A stretch of DNA of 62,742 nt from Patescibacteria group bacterium (GTDB lineage: Bacteria > Patescibacteriota > Doudnabacteria > UBA920 > O2-02-FULL-48-8): the NCBI GenBank assembly GCA_036394315.1, contig DASWFI010000156.1:1-62742 (forward strand), in the 5' to 3' direction. Each line of letters starts with the position of its first letter. The first letter of the stretch is position 1. Positions 28,398 through 38,293 of this stretch are shown here, in pieces. The position numbers were made by a program, and so were the translations under genes. The notes beneath the pieces are model-generated. The model worked only from the letters and a program-made list of their open reading frames with translations, did no database searches and had not been told where the DNA came from.

Positions 28398-30698
28398 TTA
28401 GTCACGTATTTGGGCGTTAAATTTAGACTTTAAATTGTCCAAAATTTGTTTATGAATTTTCTCCACTTCTTCATCAGTAAGCGTCCGGTCTGGTGCCTGA
28501 TAGACGATTCGAAAGGCCAAACTCTTTTTGCCTGGTGAAATATTTTTTCCCGCGTACACGTCAAACAATTTAACATCAGTAATTAGTTTGTGGGAAATTG
28601 CATGCTTAATTTCGCTCCAGGGCAAGTCCTGGCGTACGAGCAACGCTACGTCGAGCTCTTTGGCTGGATAAGACTGCAATGGTTGGAATTGAGGATACCT
28701 GATATGCTTGGTCAATTTTTCAAAATTAAGTTCTACAGCTGCCCATTTCAGATCTTCGTTTGCTGCTCGAATATGACCTAATTTTTCTTTGTTGGCATAC
28801 ACTTCACCGGACTCTTCGTCGGTTTGGCGAATTGAAGCCTCGATTCCTAATCGCTTAAATAATTCTCGAATGCTACCGACTAAACGCGCTACTACCTCCT
28901 GATTTTTTGAGTAGCACATTAGAAACAGGTTCGTGTGTTCCTCTATTCGGTCATTGTGGCTGCTGTATACGTTTCCGATTTCAAAAACGCATTGCTCATC
29001 GACATAGCGGGAGTTCTGCTGCGAAAGAGCTTCATAATTCATGCCCAGACCCAAACGCAAATATTTCAAATCCGAATTTATGGGATTCGCCACCTCCACA
29101 GTATTTTTGGTATCCAGGCCATGTTTTTTGAAAAAAGTTTCGGAAACGAAGGAATAAGTATGGGTTTCATCAAAACCCATGCCCACCAGCAAGTCGGAAA
29201 CTTTATTTTTCGCATCCACTATGGGGTCAGTCATGCTGCCGGAAAGTGGAAATGACGGTTTAATCGGTTTGATGAATTCCAGACCCTTAAATCGCGCGAT
29301 CTCTTCAGCCAAATCCTGCCAGACAGTAACATCGGCACGCCAGAAAGGAACTTCGAATTGCGATTGATGTACTGATTTGAAGCCCAACTTGGCTAAAATT
29401 TTAGTTTGTTCGGCAGCAGGAACATTAGTGCCAAGTAATTGATTTATTTTTTCCGGATCTGCTTTAATAGCTTTTAGCTTTTCCTCTTTAGCTCCTGTTG
29501 AGGCAAATTCAACTGGTTTGCCATTCGCATATTTTTTCAGCAGCTCTGCAGCATACTCCAAACCCAAACTCGCGAATGTTGGTGGCAGGGACTTTTCAAA
29601 CCTGCTCGAAGCGTCAGTGCGGATACCCAGTGCCCTGGCAGTGCGCCGGATAGAGACGGCGTTGAAGTTTGCTGATTCCAAAATAATCTCCTGGGTATTC
29701 GCGTCTATGGCACTATCTGCTCCGCCGATCACACCGGCGATGGCCAGGACTTTTTTACTGTCAGCTATCACAAGCATGTCCGGTGAAAGTTTTCTTTTTT
29801 CACTATCCAGCGTGACCAGATTTTCCTGCATATACGCCTTGCGGACGTTTATGGCACCTATCACTTTGACAGCGTCAAAAGCATGCAGAGGCTGACCCAC
29901 TTCCAACATCACATAATTGGCGATATCCACCACGTTATTAATCGGACGAAGCCCGGAAGCTTTCAATCTCTCCTGGATAAATTTCGGTGATGGTGCAACT
30001 TTAATATCCGTAAGCCGTACCGCTAAATATTTTTTACATAAATTTGGTTCGGCAATTCTGACCTTAAGAATTTTTGAAGGAAGTTTGGATACTTTCGGTT
30101 TGATCGGCTGCGCTAAATATTTTTTTCCAGTCAAAGCGGCAATCTCCCAGGCCACGCCGCGGTAGGAAATCAAATCCGGACGATTCGCAGGTACTGATAT
30201 ATCGAAAAGCGTATCTGATGATTCTGATTTTTGAGCGAAGGCTTCCCCGACTTTATAATCCGAATTCAAAAGCAGGATGCCACTGCCATCCCCGCCCAAT
30301 CCCAGTTCCTTGGTTGAACAAATCATACCCTGCGATTCAATTCCGCGAATCGTGGCTTTGCTCAATTTAAAAGATTTGCCTTCGGGATCGTGCTGATCAT
30401 GAGGAATGACAGCGCCAGGCAGGGCTAAGGCTACTCTGGCCCCGACGTCAAAGTTCCAGGCACCGCAAACTACGGGTCCTATGGTATTTTCGCCGTCTGT
30501 GAGTTCAATCACTCGAAGCCGGTCCGCATTTGGGTGCTTATCGATTTTAGTAACCCGGGCCACGATAATATTGTCGAATGTTTGATCTTCGGATACGACT
30601 TCTGTCTCAAACGCATGCATAGACAAAAACTCTGCCAGCTTATGAGCTGGCAAGTTTAGGTCTACTAGTTGTTTAAGCCAGGAGTACGAAAATTTCAA
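28398..30698 (-). CDS. pheT: phenylalanine--tRNA ligase beta subunit
   Basis: 766-aa ORF with MKFSYSWLK at the N-terminus and the tRNA-binding, B3/4, B5 and FDX-ACB domain order. Confidence 0.95.
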   Translation of the reverse strand: MKFSYSWLKQLVDLNLPAHKLAEFLSMHAFETEVVSEDQTFDNIIVARVTKIDKHPNADRLRVIELTDGENTIGPVVCGAWNFDVGARVALALPGAVIPHDQHDPEGKSFKLSKATIRGIESQGMICSTKELGLGGDGSGILLLNSDYKVGEAFAQKSESSDTLFDISVPANRPDLISYRGVAWEIAALTGKKYLAQPIKPKVSKLPSKILKVRIAEPNLCKKYLAVRLTDIKVAPSPKFIQERLKASGLRPINNVVDIANYVMLEVGQPLHAFDAVKVIGAINVRKAYMQENLVTLDSEKRKLSPDMLVIADSKKVLAIAGVIGGADSAIDANTQEIILESANFNAVSIRRTARALGIRTDASSRFEKSLPPTFASLGLEYAAELLKKYANGKPVEFASTGAKEEKLKAIKADPEKINQLLGTNVPAAEQTKILAKLGFKSVHQSQFEVPFWRADVTVWQDLAEEIARFKGLEFIKPIKPSFPLSGSMTDPIVDAKNKVSDLLVGMGFDETHTYSFVSETFFKKHGLDTKNTVEVANPINSDLKYLRLGLGMNYEALSQQNSRYVDEQCVFEIGNVYSSHNDRIEEHTNLFLMCYSKNQEVVARLVGSIRELFKRLGIEASIRQTDEESGEVYANKEKLGHIRAANEDLKWAAVELNFEKLTKHIRYPQFQPLQSYPAKELDVALLVRQDLPWSEIKHAISHKLITDVKLFDVYAGKNISPGKKSLAFRIVYQAPDRTLTDEEVEKIHKQILDNLKSKFNAQIRD

Positions 30699-30710
30699 TA
30701 TATTTTAAGG

Positions 30711-31829
30711 TTATTTAGTGAACTTGAATGTGGAAAGGATTTGGTCCATCAATATCTTTGATCCCTCTGGGTAAGATGTGGTTATACCAATATTATTTAT
30801 ATCAGCTTTTTGTATAACATAGGTATCTTGGAAGCTATATAGTAAATCACCTCCTGGTGATTTTTGATAAAATGAATCTTGATAAAAAGTAGTATTTGCC
30901 CCACTGAAATTTATTTGTTTTGCTTCTGATTTAGTTTTTGGTTTAAAATTAGAGCCCAAAGGAACTGCGATAGTTAATCCGGAAAAATTAGGCTTACCAT
31001 CTTCGAAAATATAAACTGTTTTACCCTTTTGGGTGGATAGTTCATTTGTCCAACTGCTAGGCAATTTAATCTCAAATCCGTATTGCTTGTTCGTATACGT
31101 CTTCCAGTTAGCCGTTTGAGCTGCTGGGGGTGTAACGGCACTTGTAGTAGTGGTTATACTGGGCTCATGCAACTTAAACTTCGCCGTATCGTCTGCAATT
31201 TGTTGTTTACGAGTTTCTGTAAATTTGCGTCCTGGTGTTAGCGGATCATAGCCGTTTTTAATCTGAAATCCGTCTGTCCAGTTGTTCTGTGCCACCACTT
31301 CCCGTCGATCCGTGTATTTCAGTGTCGGGTCAGTCTTGTAGATATTTACTTCATCGCCATCAGCCAAACCATCACCATCAGTGTCTGGATTGAGTGGATT
31401 AGTTCCGGCCTTAAACTCTTCATAATTTGTTAATCCATCTCTATCTGGATCAGCATTATCGCCGCAAATAATTTGATCATTGCAATTGCCATTGCTGTCC
31501 AGGTTTTGTGTGAAATATTGCTGTAACCAGACTTTGGGCAGTTTGCTCACTGTTTGTGCGGGTTGGGTATCAGTTTTCTTGCCTCCCACCATATAATACG
31601 CGACGGCACCCAGCGCCAAAAGCACTATTAGACCGACTATGATATATATCCATTTGCGAGATGATGGGTTCCCCGAAGGAAGTCCGCCATTTGGCGGTGG
31701 AGGCGGGGAATTTTTACTGGCGGCAGGCGCCGAACTATACCCGGAAAAAGTTTTTCCTTCCTGCGGCATGACGTTGAAGGATAAATCATTCGGGTCATGC
31801 GGTGGAGTGTTTGGATTTGGTTGATCCAT
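30711..31829 (-). CDS. membrane-anchored extracellular protein with thrombospondin type-3-like Ca-binding repeats
   Basis: 372-aa ORF. It has a Pro-rich N-terminus, one TM helix, and DPDRDGLTNYEE..NPLNPDTDGDGLADGDE repeats. Confidence 0.6.
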   Translation of the reverse strand: MDQPNPNTPPHDPNDLSFNVMPQEGKTFSGYSSAPAASKNSPPPPPNGGLPSGNPSSRKWIYIIVGLIVLLALGAVAYYMVGGKKTDTQPAQTVSKLPKVWLQQYFTQNLDSNGNCNDQIICGDNADPDRDGLTNYEEFKAGTNPLNPDTDGDGLADGDEVNIYKTDPTLKYTDRREVVAQNNWTDGFQIKNGYDPLTPGRKFTETRKQQIADDTAKFKLHEPSITTTTSAVTPPAAQTANWKTYTNKQYGFEIKLPSSWTNELSTQKGKTVYIFEDGKPNFSGLTIAVPLGSNFKPKTKSEAKQINFSGANTTFYQDSFYQKSPGGDLLYSFQDTYVIQKADINNIGITTSYPEGSKILMDQILSTFKFTK

Positions 31830-31864
31830 AAATTTTATTTCTTTTAATTACTTAGTTAATTATT

Positions 31865-32878
31865 TTAAAACTGATGAAGGAAGCGAACGTCGTTCTGATG
31901 GAACATTCGAATATCCGGGATGTTATATTTAAGCATGGCGAATCTTAAGATCCCCAAGCCAAAGGCAAATCCTGTGTATTTATCTTTCGGGTAACCGGCA
32001 TATTCAAATACTTTGGGATGAACCATACCGGCGCCTAAAACTTCAAGCCAACCGCTTCGGCCACAAATACTACAACCTTTCTTGCCACAAAAAATGCAGC
32101 TCATAAGAATTTCTACGCTGGGTTCAGTAAATGGAAAGTATGAAGGACGATATTGAGTTTCTATTTCATCGCCAAACAATTTTTTTACTAACGTGTCCAG
32201 TGTCCACTTTAAATTTGCCATGCTGATGTTTTCACCTACGACCAATCCTTCTATCTGGTCAAAGGTATGTTCATGCCTGGCGTCCGTGGCCTCGTGTCTG
32301 AATACTCTGCCTGGAACAATCACTGAAAATGGAGGCTTATGGTTTTCCATAATGCGAGCCTGCATCGGGCTGGTGTGCGTCCGCAACACCATATTGCTGC
32401 TGTTGTTTACATAAAAGGTATCAAACATGTCTCGGGCTGGATGATCCTTCGGAATATTTAAAGCTTCGAAATTATAGTAATCAGATTCGATCTCCGGTCC
32501 TTCCATCACCGCAAAACCCAGAGAACGAAAAATACTTTCCACTTCGCGCCTGATCTGCGTCACAGGATGCAGATGACCCAGTTGTGGCTTGTCGCCGTCG
32601 ATAGTAAGATCGATAAATTCTTTTTTCCCGGCTTTCTTGATACTGTTGCGCTTGTCATCGATCAGACGCCAAATTTCAATTTTTACGTCATTAGCTTCTT
32701 TGCCTAAAATTTTTCGCTGGCTCTCGTCCATCACTTTCAACGAGCGTAATACGTGTGTTAACTGCCCTTGTTTGCGGCCAAAGTAATTCAAGACAAATTC
32801 ATCCAACTGTTCCAAGGTAGAAACAGCGGAAAGTTCTTTTGTCGCCTGCAAGCGCAGTTGTTTAAGACTCTCGGTCAT
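31865..32878 (-). CDS. pheS: phenylalanine--tRNA ligase alpha subunit
   Basis: 337-aa ORF with the HP...R.MQDTFY-like motif (HPARDMFDTFY), FRHEATDARH and class II motif 3 (GFAFGLGILR). Confidence 0.95.
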   Translation of the reverse strand: MTESLKQLRLQATKELSAVSTLEQLDEFVLNYFGRKQGQLTHVLRSLKVMDESQRKILGKEANDVKIEIWRLIDDKRNSIKKAGKKEFIDLTIDGDKPQLGHLHPVTQIRREVESIFRSLGFAVMEGPEIESDYYNFEALNIPKDHPARDMFDTFYVNNSSNMVLRTHTSPMQARIMENHKPPFSVIVPGRVFRHEATDARHEHTFDQIEGLVVGENISMANLKWTLDTLVKKLFGDEIETQYRPSYFPFTEPSVEILMSCIFCGKKGCSICGRSGWLEVLGAGMVHPKVFEYAGYPKDKYTGFAFGLGILRFAMLKYNIPDIRMFHQNDVRFLHQF

Positions 32879-33251
32879 TTGATTTGTTTTTCGTCAGTAG
32901 ATAAAATTCAAAAAATATAAAAGTTAGAACTAGTAATCCCGCGTTAATCCAACTGAATAAGCCGTGGTGGGAGAGAATTAATGAAATTACGAGAATTAAA
33001 GCCAGCCAAAATCCCTGCCTGGTCGCCTGCCCGATATAATCATTCAATAACTCCCTCTGCCCGATCAGTCGTCGGATATAGAATCCGGTCAGCGTGGCGG
33101 CGGCAAACCCCGAAAGCAATATCAGGAAATAAAACAGGGTGATATAAATGGCTTGATCCGGCGCAAAGGTATTTACTATGAAAGCCAGGCTTCCAAGTCC
33201 CAGAAACAAAAGAACAGCTAGCAAAATGAGATATATTTTGATTTTCTGCAC
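32862..33251 (-). CDS. hypothetical membrane protein
   Basis: 129-aa ORF with four predicted TM helices. It overlaps the pheS start by 17 nt. Confidence 0.5.
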   Translation of the reverse strand: MQKIKIYLILLAVLLFLGLGSLAFIVNTFAPDQAIYITLFYFLILLSGFAAATLTGFYIRRLIGQRELLNDYIGQATRQGFWLALILVISLILSHHGLFSWINAGLLVLTFIFFEFYLLTKNKSNDRES

Positions 33252-33360
33252 GCTTAATTATACCACAAAAGCTAGGTTACGGCTAAAATCTAGGCCTTAT
33301 TCCCATTGCGAGGAGCCGCATCTCTAAATTGAATGAACATTTGATAGGCGCTCGCGATGG

Positions 33361-36360
33361 TCAACTGGATGATTCCAAGTGTCTAAACTTACACTCATGG
33401 GCGTGTCGGAGGTCAGCTTGGTAAAAACTATTCGTCTCAATAACCCGAACTATTTCCTCGATGGTTTCAAGTAGTTTGGATTTTAGTTTTATGATTTCTT
33501 CCTGATTGCCTTTGAAAGGCAAGGTTTTATTCAAGTCTTCAAGGTACCAATAAGTCAGCTGGTTTACTTTCTCTTTTAAAGCTTCTTCAGCTGCCCATTG
33601 GTAAATCAAAAGCTGGTCGCGATCTACTTGCTCCAGTTTTGTCCGCGGCATTCCAGTCTTATAATCCACGATGTCTATCGTGCCGTCGGCATTGATATCA
33701 GCGCGATCGATCCGCCCCTGAAATTTATATTTCCCAAGGTTCAGCTTAAAGTATTGCTCCAGATACTTTGGGTACTTGGGACTTGCAGCGATCTTCTCGT
33801 AAAAATGCGTTAAATATTTTTTCCCTGTATTGCGGTATTCTTCTTTGTTGGATTTACTGGGATACCAATCATCCTGCCAACATTCTAAATAATATTTTTC
33901 CAGCAAATCTTTTGGCGGTACGTGCACTTGGTCATTGGGCTTGGCGCCAAACAAATCCTGTTGCTTCAGATTATTCATTTGCTGCATATATTGCGAATAT
34001 TTTTTGAACACGTTGTGCATAGTAACTCCGAACGACAAAGCCGCAGCTCCCGGCATCGGAAGTTTATACATATATTTGTACTTGTATTCCAGCGGGCACT
34101 TTTTAAACGTGGAGACCTGGGAAAAATCAAATGCGATGGGTAATTGAAATTTAAACTCTCCCACAGGCAGGCTCAGGGCTTGTTGTTGAGTAAAAAATAC
34201 TTCACCTGATGGTTTCTCCCGTTCGCGGGGCTGTTCCAGTCCGGCTTCCAGCAAAAACAACGACGGTTTTTTCAAACTCGAGCCGCCATAATCATCAGCC
34301 CAGGTGAAAAATAAATACTGTTTGGCACGCGTGGCTCCGACGTAAAATAACCGGCGCTCTTCCATCAGATGCGCATCCCCTTCTGGCAAAATTTCCTTGA
34401 TTAAAGCCGAAGGCAGCTCGATTTGCTCTTTTCGATCCCTAGATGGGAATCTCGCCTCTACCATGTTCGTCAGAAAAACACAGCCGAATTCCAGACCTTT
34501 CGCCGCGTGGATTGTCATGACTTTCACGGCTTCAGGGCCAGTATCAGCACTTGCCACCAATGTCCCGGTATCGCCAGCCTCCTGTTCCAGGGCTATTTCC
34601 TTCAGAAAATTTTTCAAAGTCTTATCTTTTGCAGTTGAGGAAAAATCCTGGACCTTGCGATAAAATTGATCCAGCAATGATCTATTTTCGACATTTTCCA
34701 GCGAATCCTGGGCCAATGCATCTGTGATTCCCAAATCCCGCACAATGCGGACTAAAAGCTCGTTCATGGAGAGTTCTGAAGCGAGCTTACAATGCCGATC
34801 CAAGTGCAGGAGTAAATCTTTGATCCGTTCTTGAGTATTCGGTTTGACTTTAACATATATGAGCAGGTCTTTAAGCACTTCATGAAGACTCAAAGCTTTC
34901 TTGGATGCGGTGTGCGAAATTAAAACCAGGTCTTCATGATCAATTTTAAATTTTTTGAAGTTTAATATCCGAAATAAAAATTCGCTTTGATGAAAATTAT
35001 CCAACAGCTTTAAATACGACAGAATATCGATGATCAAAGGTTTGCGGTAAAGCCCGCGGCTAGCTACATAGATGTAGGGAATGTTTTTCTCTGACAATTC
35101 ATTCAAAAAAGGTTCAGCGTGATCATTGGCGCGGACCAGAATCGCGAATTCGTTCAAGTTCAATCCTTGTTGTTCCTGCAGCTCCAGTATTTTTTCAATT
35201 GTTTGTTTGGCTTCGTCATGCACGGTTCGAGTGTGCAGTACTGCTATCTGTCCCGCTTCGGATTTATGGCTGATCAATTTTTTGGAAATTTTAAGCCTGC
35301 TTTCCAGCCGCTCGGGGTTGTTTCGCTGGATGAAGTTATATGCTAAATCCAGTACGGGCTGGATGGAACGATAATTATCCGTGAGCGTAACTTCCTGGGT
35401 TTTCGGAAAATCTTCCTGGAATTTCAGGATATTGGAAATCGACGCGCCGCGAAATTTATAAATCGACTGATCGTCGTCTCCCACCACGGTGATATTGTTT
35501 TGCGGATGCGACATCATTTTCACCAATTCATACTGCGATAAATCAGTGTCCTGAAATTCATCCACTAAAATATACTTGTATTTGTTCTGGTAAAATTTCA
35601 GAATCTTGGGTCGTTCGACAAAAAGCTTCAATGTAAAATTAATCAAGTCACGGAAATCCAGATAGGAATTATCAAGGAGCAGCTTTTGATATTTGTGATA
35701 TGCATTAGCCACCTCCATGATCCTTGCTACTTCCGCAGGGTCAAGCTCCGAATTCAAGATTCCAGATTCAAGATTCTTCTTCTTTTTTCTTGCCTTTTTT
35801 TTCATATCCACATTATCCAAATTCATCTGCTGTTCCTGTGCGTATTTCAGATAATTCTCCGGAGTGACTCCTTCACGCTTCGCTACTTCAAAGTGGCGCA
35901 AAAGAGCGTGTATAAACTTGGAGGGGTTGCCTTTCGGTTTATAATAATCCAGCTCAAAATCGTTGATATTGTTGCGCATCATGACCCAGGCCCTGGTATC
36001 ATCCAAAATTTCAAAATCTCCAGGAATCCCTATATCCAGCGCGTGCTGGCGCAAAATCTTTTCAGCGAATGCATCGAAAGTCGAAATAGTGATTTGCGGA
36101 AGCCCGAGCGGCATAATCTGATCCACTCGTTCTTCCATTTCACCCGTGGCCTTTACGGTAAAAGTCAATGCTAAAATTTCATCAGGCTTGGCCAAACCTT
36201 GCTCCACCAGCCAGGCGATTCTTCTGGTCAAAACCGTGGTTTTGCCAGTACCCGCACCGGCTATAATTAAAAGCGGGCCTTCACCAAAAGTGACCGCCGC
36301 TTCTTGTTTCTTATTCAAGCCTTTTAATATTTCGGATTGTATTCTTACAGCTTCTTTCAT
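33361..36360 (-). CDS. UvrD/PcrA-family helicase fused to a C-terminal PD-(D/E)XK (AddA/RecB-like) nuclease domain
   Basis: 999-aa ORF with Walker A AGAGTGKTT, DEFQDT, VGDDDQSIY, and a C-terminal GRIDR..DIVDYKTG nuclease motif. Confidence 0.85.
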   Translation of the reverse strand: MKEAVRIQSEILKGLNKKQEAAVTFGEGPLLIIAGAGTGKTTVLTRRIAWLVEQGLAKPDEILALTFTVKATGEMEERVDQIMPLGLPQITISTFDAFAEKILRQHALDIGIPGDFEILDDTRAWVMMRNNINDFELDYYKPKGNPSKFIHALLRHFEVAKREGVTPENYLKYAQEQQMNLDNVDMKKKARKKKKNLESGILNSELDPAEVARIMEVANAYHKYQKLLLDNSYLDFRDLINFTLKLFVERPKILKFYQNKYKYILVDEFQDTDLSQYELVKMMSHPQNNITVVGDDDQSIYKFRGASISNILKFQEDFPKTQEVTLTDNYRSIQPVLDLAYNFIQRNNPERLESRLKISKKLISHKSEAGQIAVLHTRTVHDEAKQTIEKILELQEQQGLNLNEFAILVRANDHAEPFLNELSEKNIPYIYVASRGLYRKPLIIDILSYLKLLDNFHQSEFLFRILNFKKFKIDHEDLVLISHTASKKALSLHEVLKDLLIYVKVKPNTQERIKDLLLHLDRHCKLASELSMNELLVRIVRDLGITDALAQDSLENVENRSLLDQFYRKVQDFSSTAKDKTLKNFLKEIALEQEAGDTGTLVASADTGPEAVKVMTIHAAKGLEFGCVFLTNMVEARFPSRDRKEQIELPSALIKEILPEGDAHLMEERRLFYVGATRAKQYLFFTWADDYGGSSLKKPSLFLLEAGLEQPREREKPSGEVFFTQQQALSLPVGEFKFQLPIAFDFSQVSTFKKCPLEYKYKYMYKLPMPGAAALSFGVTMHNVFKKYSQYMQQMNNLKQQDLFGAKPNDQVHVPPKDLLEKYYLECWQDDWYPSKSNKEEYRNTGKKYLTHFYEKIAASPKYPKYLEQYFKLNLGKYKFQGRIDRADINADGTIDIVDYKTGMPRTKLEQVDRDQLLIYQWAAEEALKEKVNQLTYWYLEDLNKTLPFKGNQEEIIKLKSKLLETIEEIVRVIETNSFYQADLRHAHECKFRHLESSS

Positions 36361-36386
36361 ATTTTGATTTATTATAACATTTTTGC

Positions 36387-36435
36387 AAAAGAAAAAGGAT
36401 CTCGATCATTCGATACGAAATCCTTGAGTTGTTCA
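36387..36435 (-). terminator. terminator module R1 (repeat of 38245..38293)
   Basis: The minus strand reads TGAACAACTCAAGGATTTCGTATCGAATGATCGAGATCCTTTTTCTTTT. It starts exactly at the stop codon of the AICARFT gene. It is 49 bp long with 1 mismatch to the copy after the MGS-domain gene. Confidence 0.65.
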
Positions 36436-37389
36436 GTGCCGGAAATGGCGCCGGCCAGTATGCACCATCGCGATATTGCACTGATCTGCCAATGCGATCG
36501 CCTCGTGGTCTTTTACGGAACCTCCCGGATGCGCCACCGCTCGAACCCCCGCATCGATCAGAGAGTTTAGCCCGTCAGGATGCGGAAAGAACGCATCGGA
36601 AGCCGCGACACAGTTTGGGAAGTAGGAAAACAACGCGCTCCCTGCTTTGAGCCGGCCTTGCGCGATGCGGGCAGACGCAACACGGCTGGGCTGTCCGCCA
36701 CCTATACCAAGCGTTTTCGTCGCATCAGTGAGCACGACTGCGTTGGATTTCACATTCGCGCAGACGTTCCAAGCGAATCGAAGAGCGTTCCACTGCTCTT
36801 GTGTAGGCCTGACTTTCGTGACGACCTTCAAATCAGCTCGCTGTTCGTTCCACTCCTCCTGGACTTCCTCGACTTTGTCTCTCTCCTGCTCGAGCATGCC
36901 GCCCAATGCAGAACGATATTCGATATCGGGAAAGATGGACGCGTCGGCGACCAGTACCCGCAGGTTTTTCTTGCTCGCCAGGATGGGTCTGGCGTCGTCA
37001 TCGACACCAGGGGCGATGAGACACTCTATGAACGGTTTGTCCTCGGTAACCTCCACTCCTGTAATCGAACGCGCGACCGCGGCATCGATAGACCGATTGA
37101 GGCCCACAATACCGCCGAATGCGGAAAGTGGGTCACAGCCACGAGCGGCGACGAACGCATCATTGATACTGTCCGCTGTCGCCACACCGCAGGGTCCAAG
37201 ATGCTTGATAACGCAAGCCGCAATGGTCGAAATACCGAGCACCAGCCGAAGCGCCGCGTCCAGGTCCAAAACGTTAGTTGACGAAAGCGATTTCCCTTCC
37301 TGGACCACCTGGGGAATATTCTCCCCCGGAGTCCACCATGCTTTCTGATGAGGGTTCTCGCCATAGCGAAGCGGAATTTTGTCAGCCAT
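36433..37389 (-). CDS. purH: AICAR transformylase domain protein (C-terminal half of PurH)
   Basis: The ORF begins MADKIPLRYGENPHQKA, the start of the AICARFT domain. The ATG at 37389 has GGAGAG 5 nt upstream; the track uses the GTG at 37392. The sequence is GC-rich. Confidence 0.85.
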   Translation of the reverse strand: MADKIPLRYGENPHQKAWWTPGENIPQVVQEGKSLSSTNVLDLDAALRLVLGISTIAACVIKHLGPCGVATADSINDAFVAARGCDPLSAFGGIVGLNRSIDAAVARSITGVEVTEDKPFIECLIAPGVDDDARPILASKKNLRVLVADASIFPDIEYRSALGGMLEQERDKVEEVQEEWNEQRADLKVVTKVRPTQEQWNALRFAWNVCANVKSNAVVLTDATKTLGIGGGQPSRVASARIAQGRLKAGSALFSYFPNCVAASDAFFPHPDGLNSLIDAGVRAVAHPGGSVKDHEAIALADQCNIAMVHTGRRHFRH

Positions 37390-37404
37390 CACTTCTCTCC
37401 TTGA

Positions 37405-38154
37405 TCAAGCGGTGATTGCCCTGTACTTGTTGATGATGTGGGTTTCGGCCTTTTCATCCCTAACATCGATGAACTTGACGGCCAAAGACACACGGTTGTT
37501 CTCGTCGAGAGCTGACCAGAGTTCATCGGCAATGTCTCTGATGCTGCCGTTGAGCGGCAGAAGGTACGGCTCGCCTTCGAATGACGGCAGAGGGTTGCCG
37601 TCTCCAGCGTACGTAGTGACGCAGTAGCCCAGACCCGGCGGGAGATAGTTATAGCTGAAAATGAAGCGTTCGCATACATCGCTGAATGGCGATTTGCGTA
37701 GAATCGAAATCTGGGCCATGAAACCCACAGGGTCATAGACACTCATCGCGGTGATGCGAGGCGTAAAATTCGGGGCATCAGGTTCGTACTCTCGATCACA
37801 CAAACAATCAAAGAATACATACTGGAAAGGCTCTGTTTGTTCGTAGGCCGTCACGATGTCGTCCGTTTGATCTCCGTTGCTCACCACATGAATGTTCCCG
37901 ACACGTCTCATCGCGTTGTAGATAATGAGACTTGGATCCTTGACCTTGGACGGATCCGCCGGCGCTGTGCGCAGCGAGTCATGATCATCGCTCACGAAGA
38001 TATGATTACGACTGTTCTCGCTTCGATCCATGATCCAGTACGCCTGAACCATGTGGCTACCAGCGTCGTTCACCCCCACCACGAGGCCTCACCCTGGATA
38101 AGCGTTCTGATGCAGCTTGGCCACATTCGCTGCTGCTTGTGCATGTACAACCAT
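37405..38154 (-). pseudogene. PurO-like (archaeal-type) IMP cyclohydrolase interrupted by an in-frame TGA at codon 22
   Basis: YNAMRRVGNIHVVSNGDQTDDI and AYEQTEP resemble M. jannaschii PurO as I recall it. A strong RBS (GGAGGA) precedes the ATG at 38154. TGA at 38089-38091 falls where PurO has the Arg of YLGR. The track ORF restarts at GTG 38082. Confidence 0.6.
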
Positions 38155-38200
38155 TGGTCTATCCTCCGTCGTTTGCGAAAAAAATCACATAAAAACTAGG

Positions 38201-38257
38201 TTTTGTACCTAGCTCCTGTGATGGTAAGTTACCATACTTGGATGAAAAGAAAAAGGA
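38201..38257 (-). promoter_or_regulatory. promoter/operator-like module R2 (repeat of 38982..39037)
   Basis: About 57 bp is shared with the region upstream of the MGS-domain gene. It contains the inverted repeat ATGGTAA-G-TTACCAT and putative TTTTCA -35 and TACCAT -10 elements on the minus strand. Confidence 0.4.
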
Positions 38258-38293
38258 TCTCGATCATCCGATACGAAATCCTTGAGTTGTTCA
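38245..38293 (-). terminator. terminator module R2 (repeat of 36387..36435)
   Basis: Same 49-bp unit, starting exactly at the TGA of the MGS-domain gene. The hairpin AGGAT..ATCCT is followed by TTTTTCTTTT. Confidence 0.65.

Noticed and set aside
36580-37348. Two 233-aa plus-strand ORFs antisense to the AICAR transformylase gene (likewise 41567..42418, 58094..58582, 38682..39224, 60360..61100)
   Set aside because: They are typical long spurious antisense frames of GC-rich coding DNA, rich in Arg, Ser, Pro and Ala. The opposite strand carries clearly recognisable conserved domains.
38089-38091. Alternative genetic code (UGA as Gly or Trp) to explain the in-frame TGA
   Set aside because: Long host genes (gyrB, pheT, helicase, atpA/D) are uninterrupted in the standard code. 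RF2 with a UGA-dependent frameshift site is encoded in the same window.
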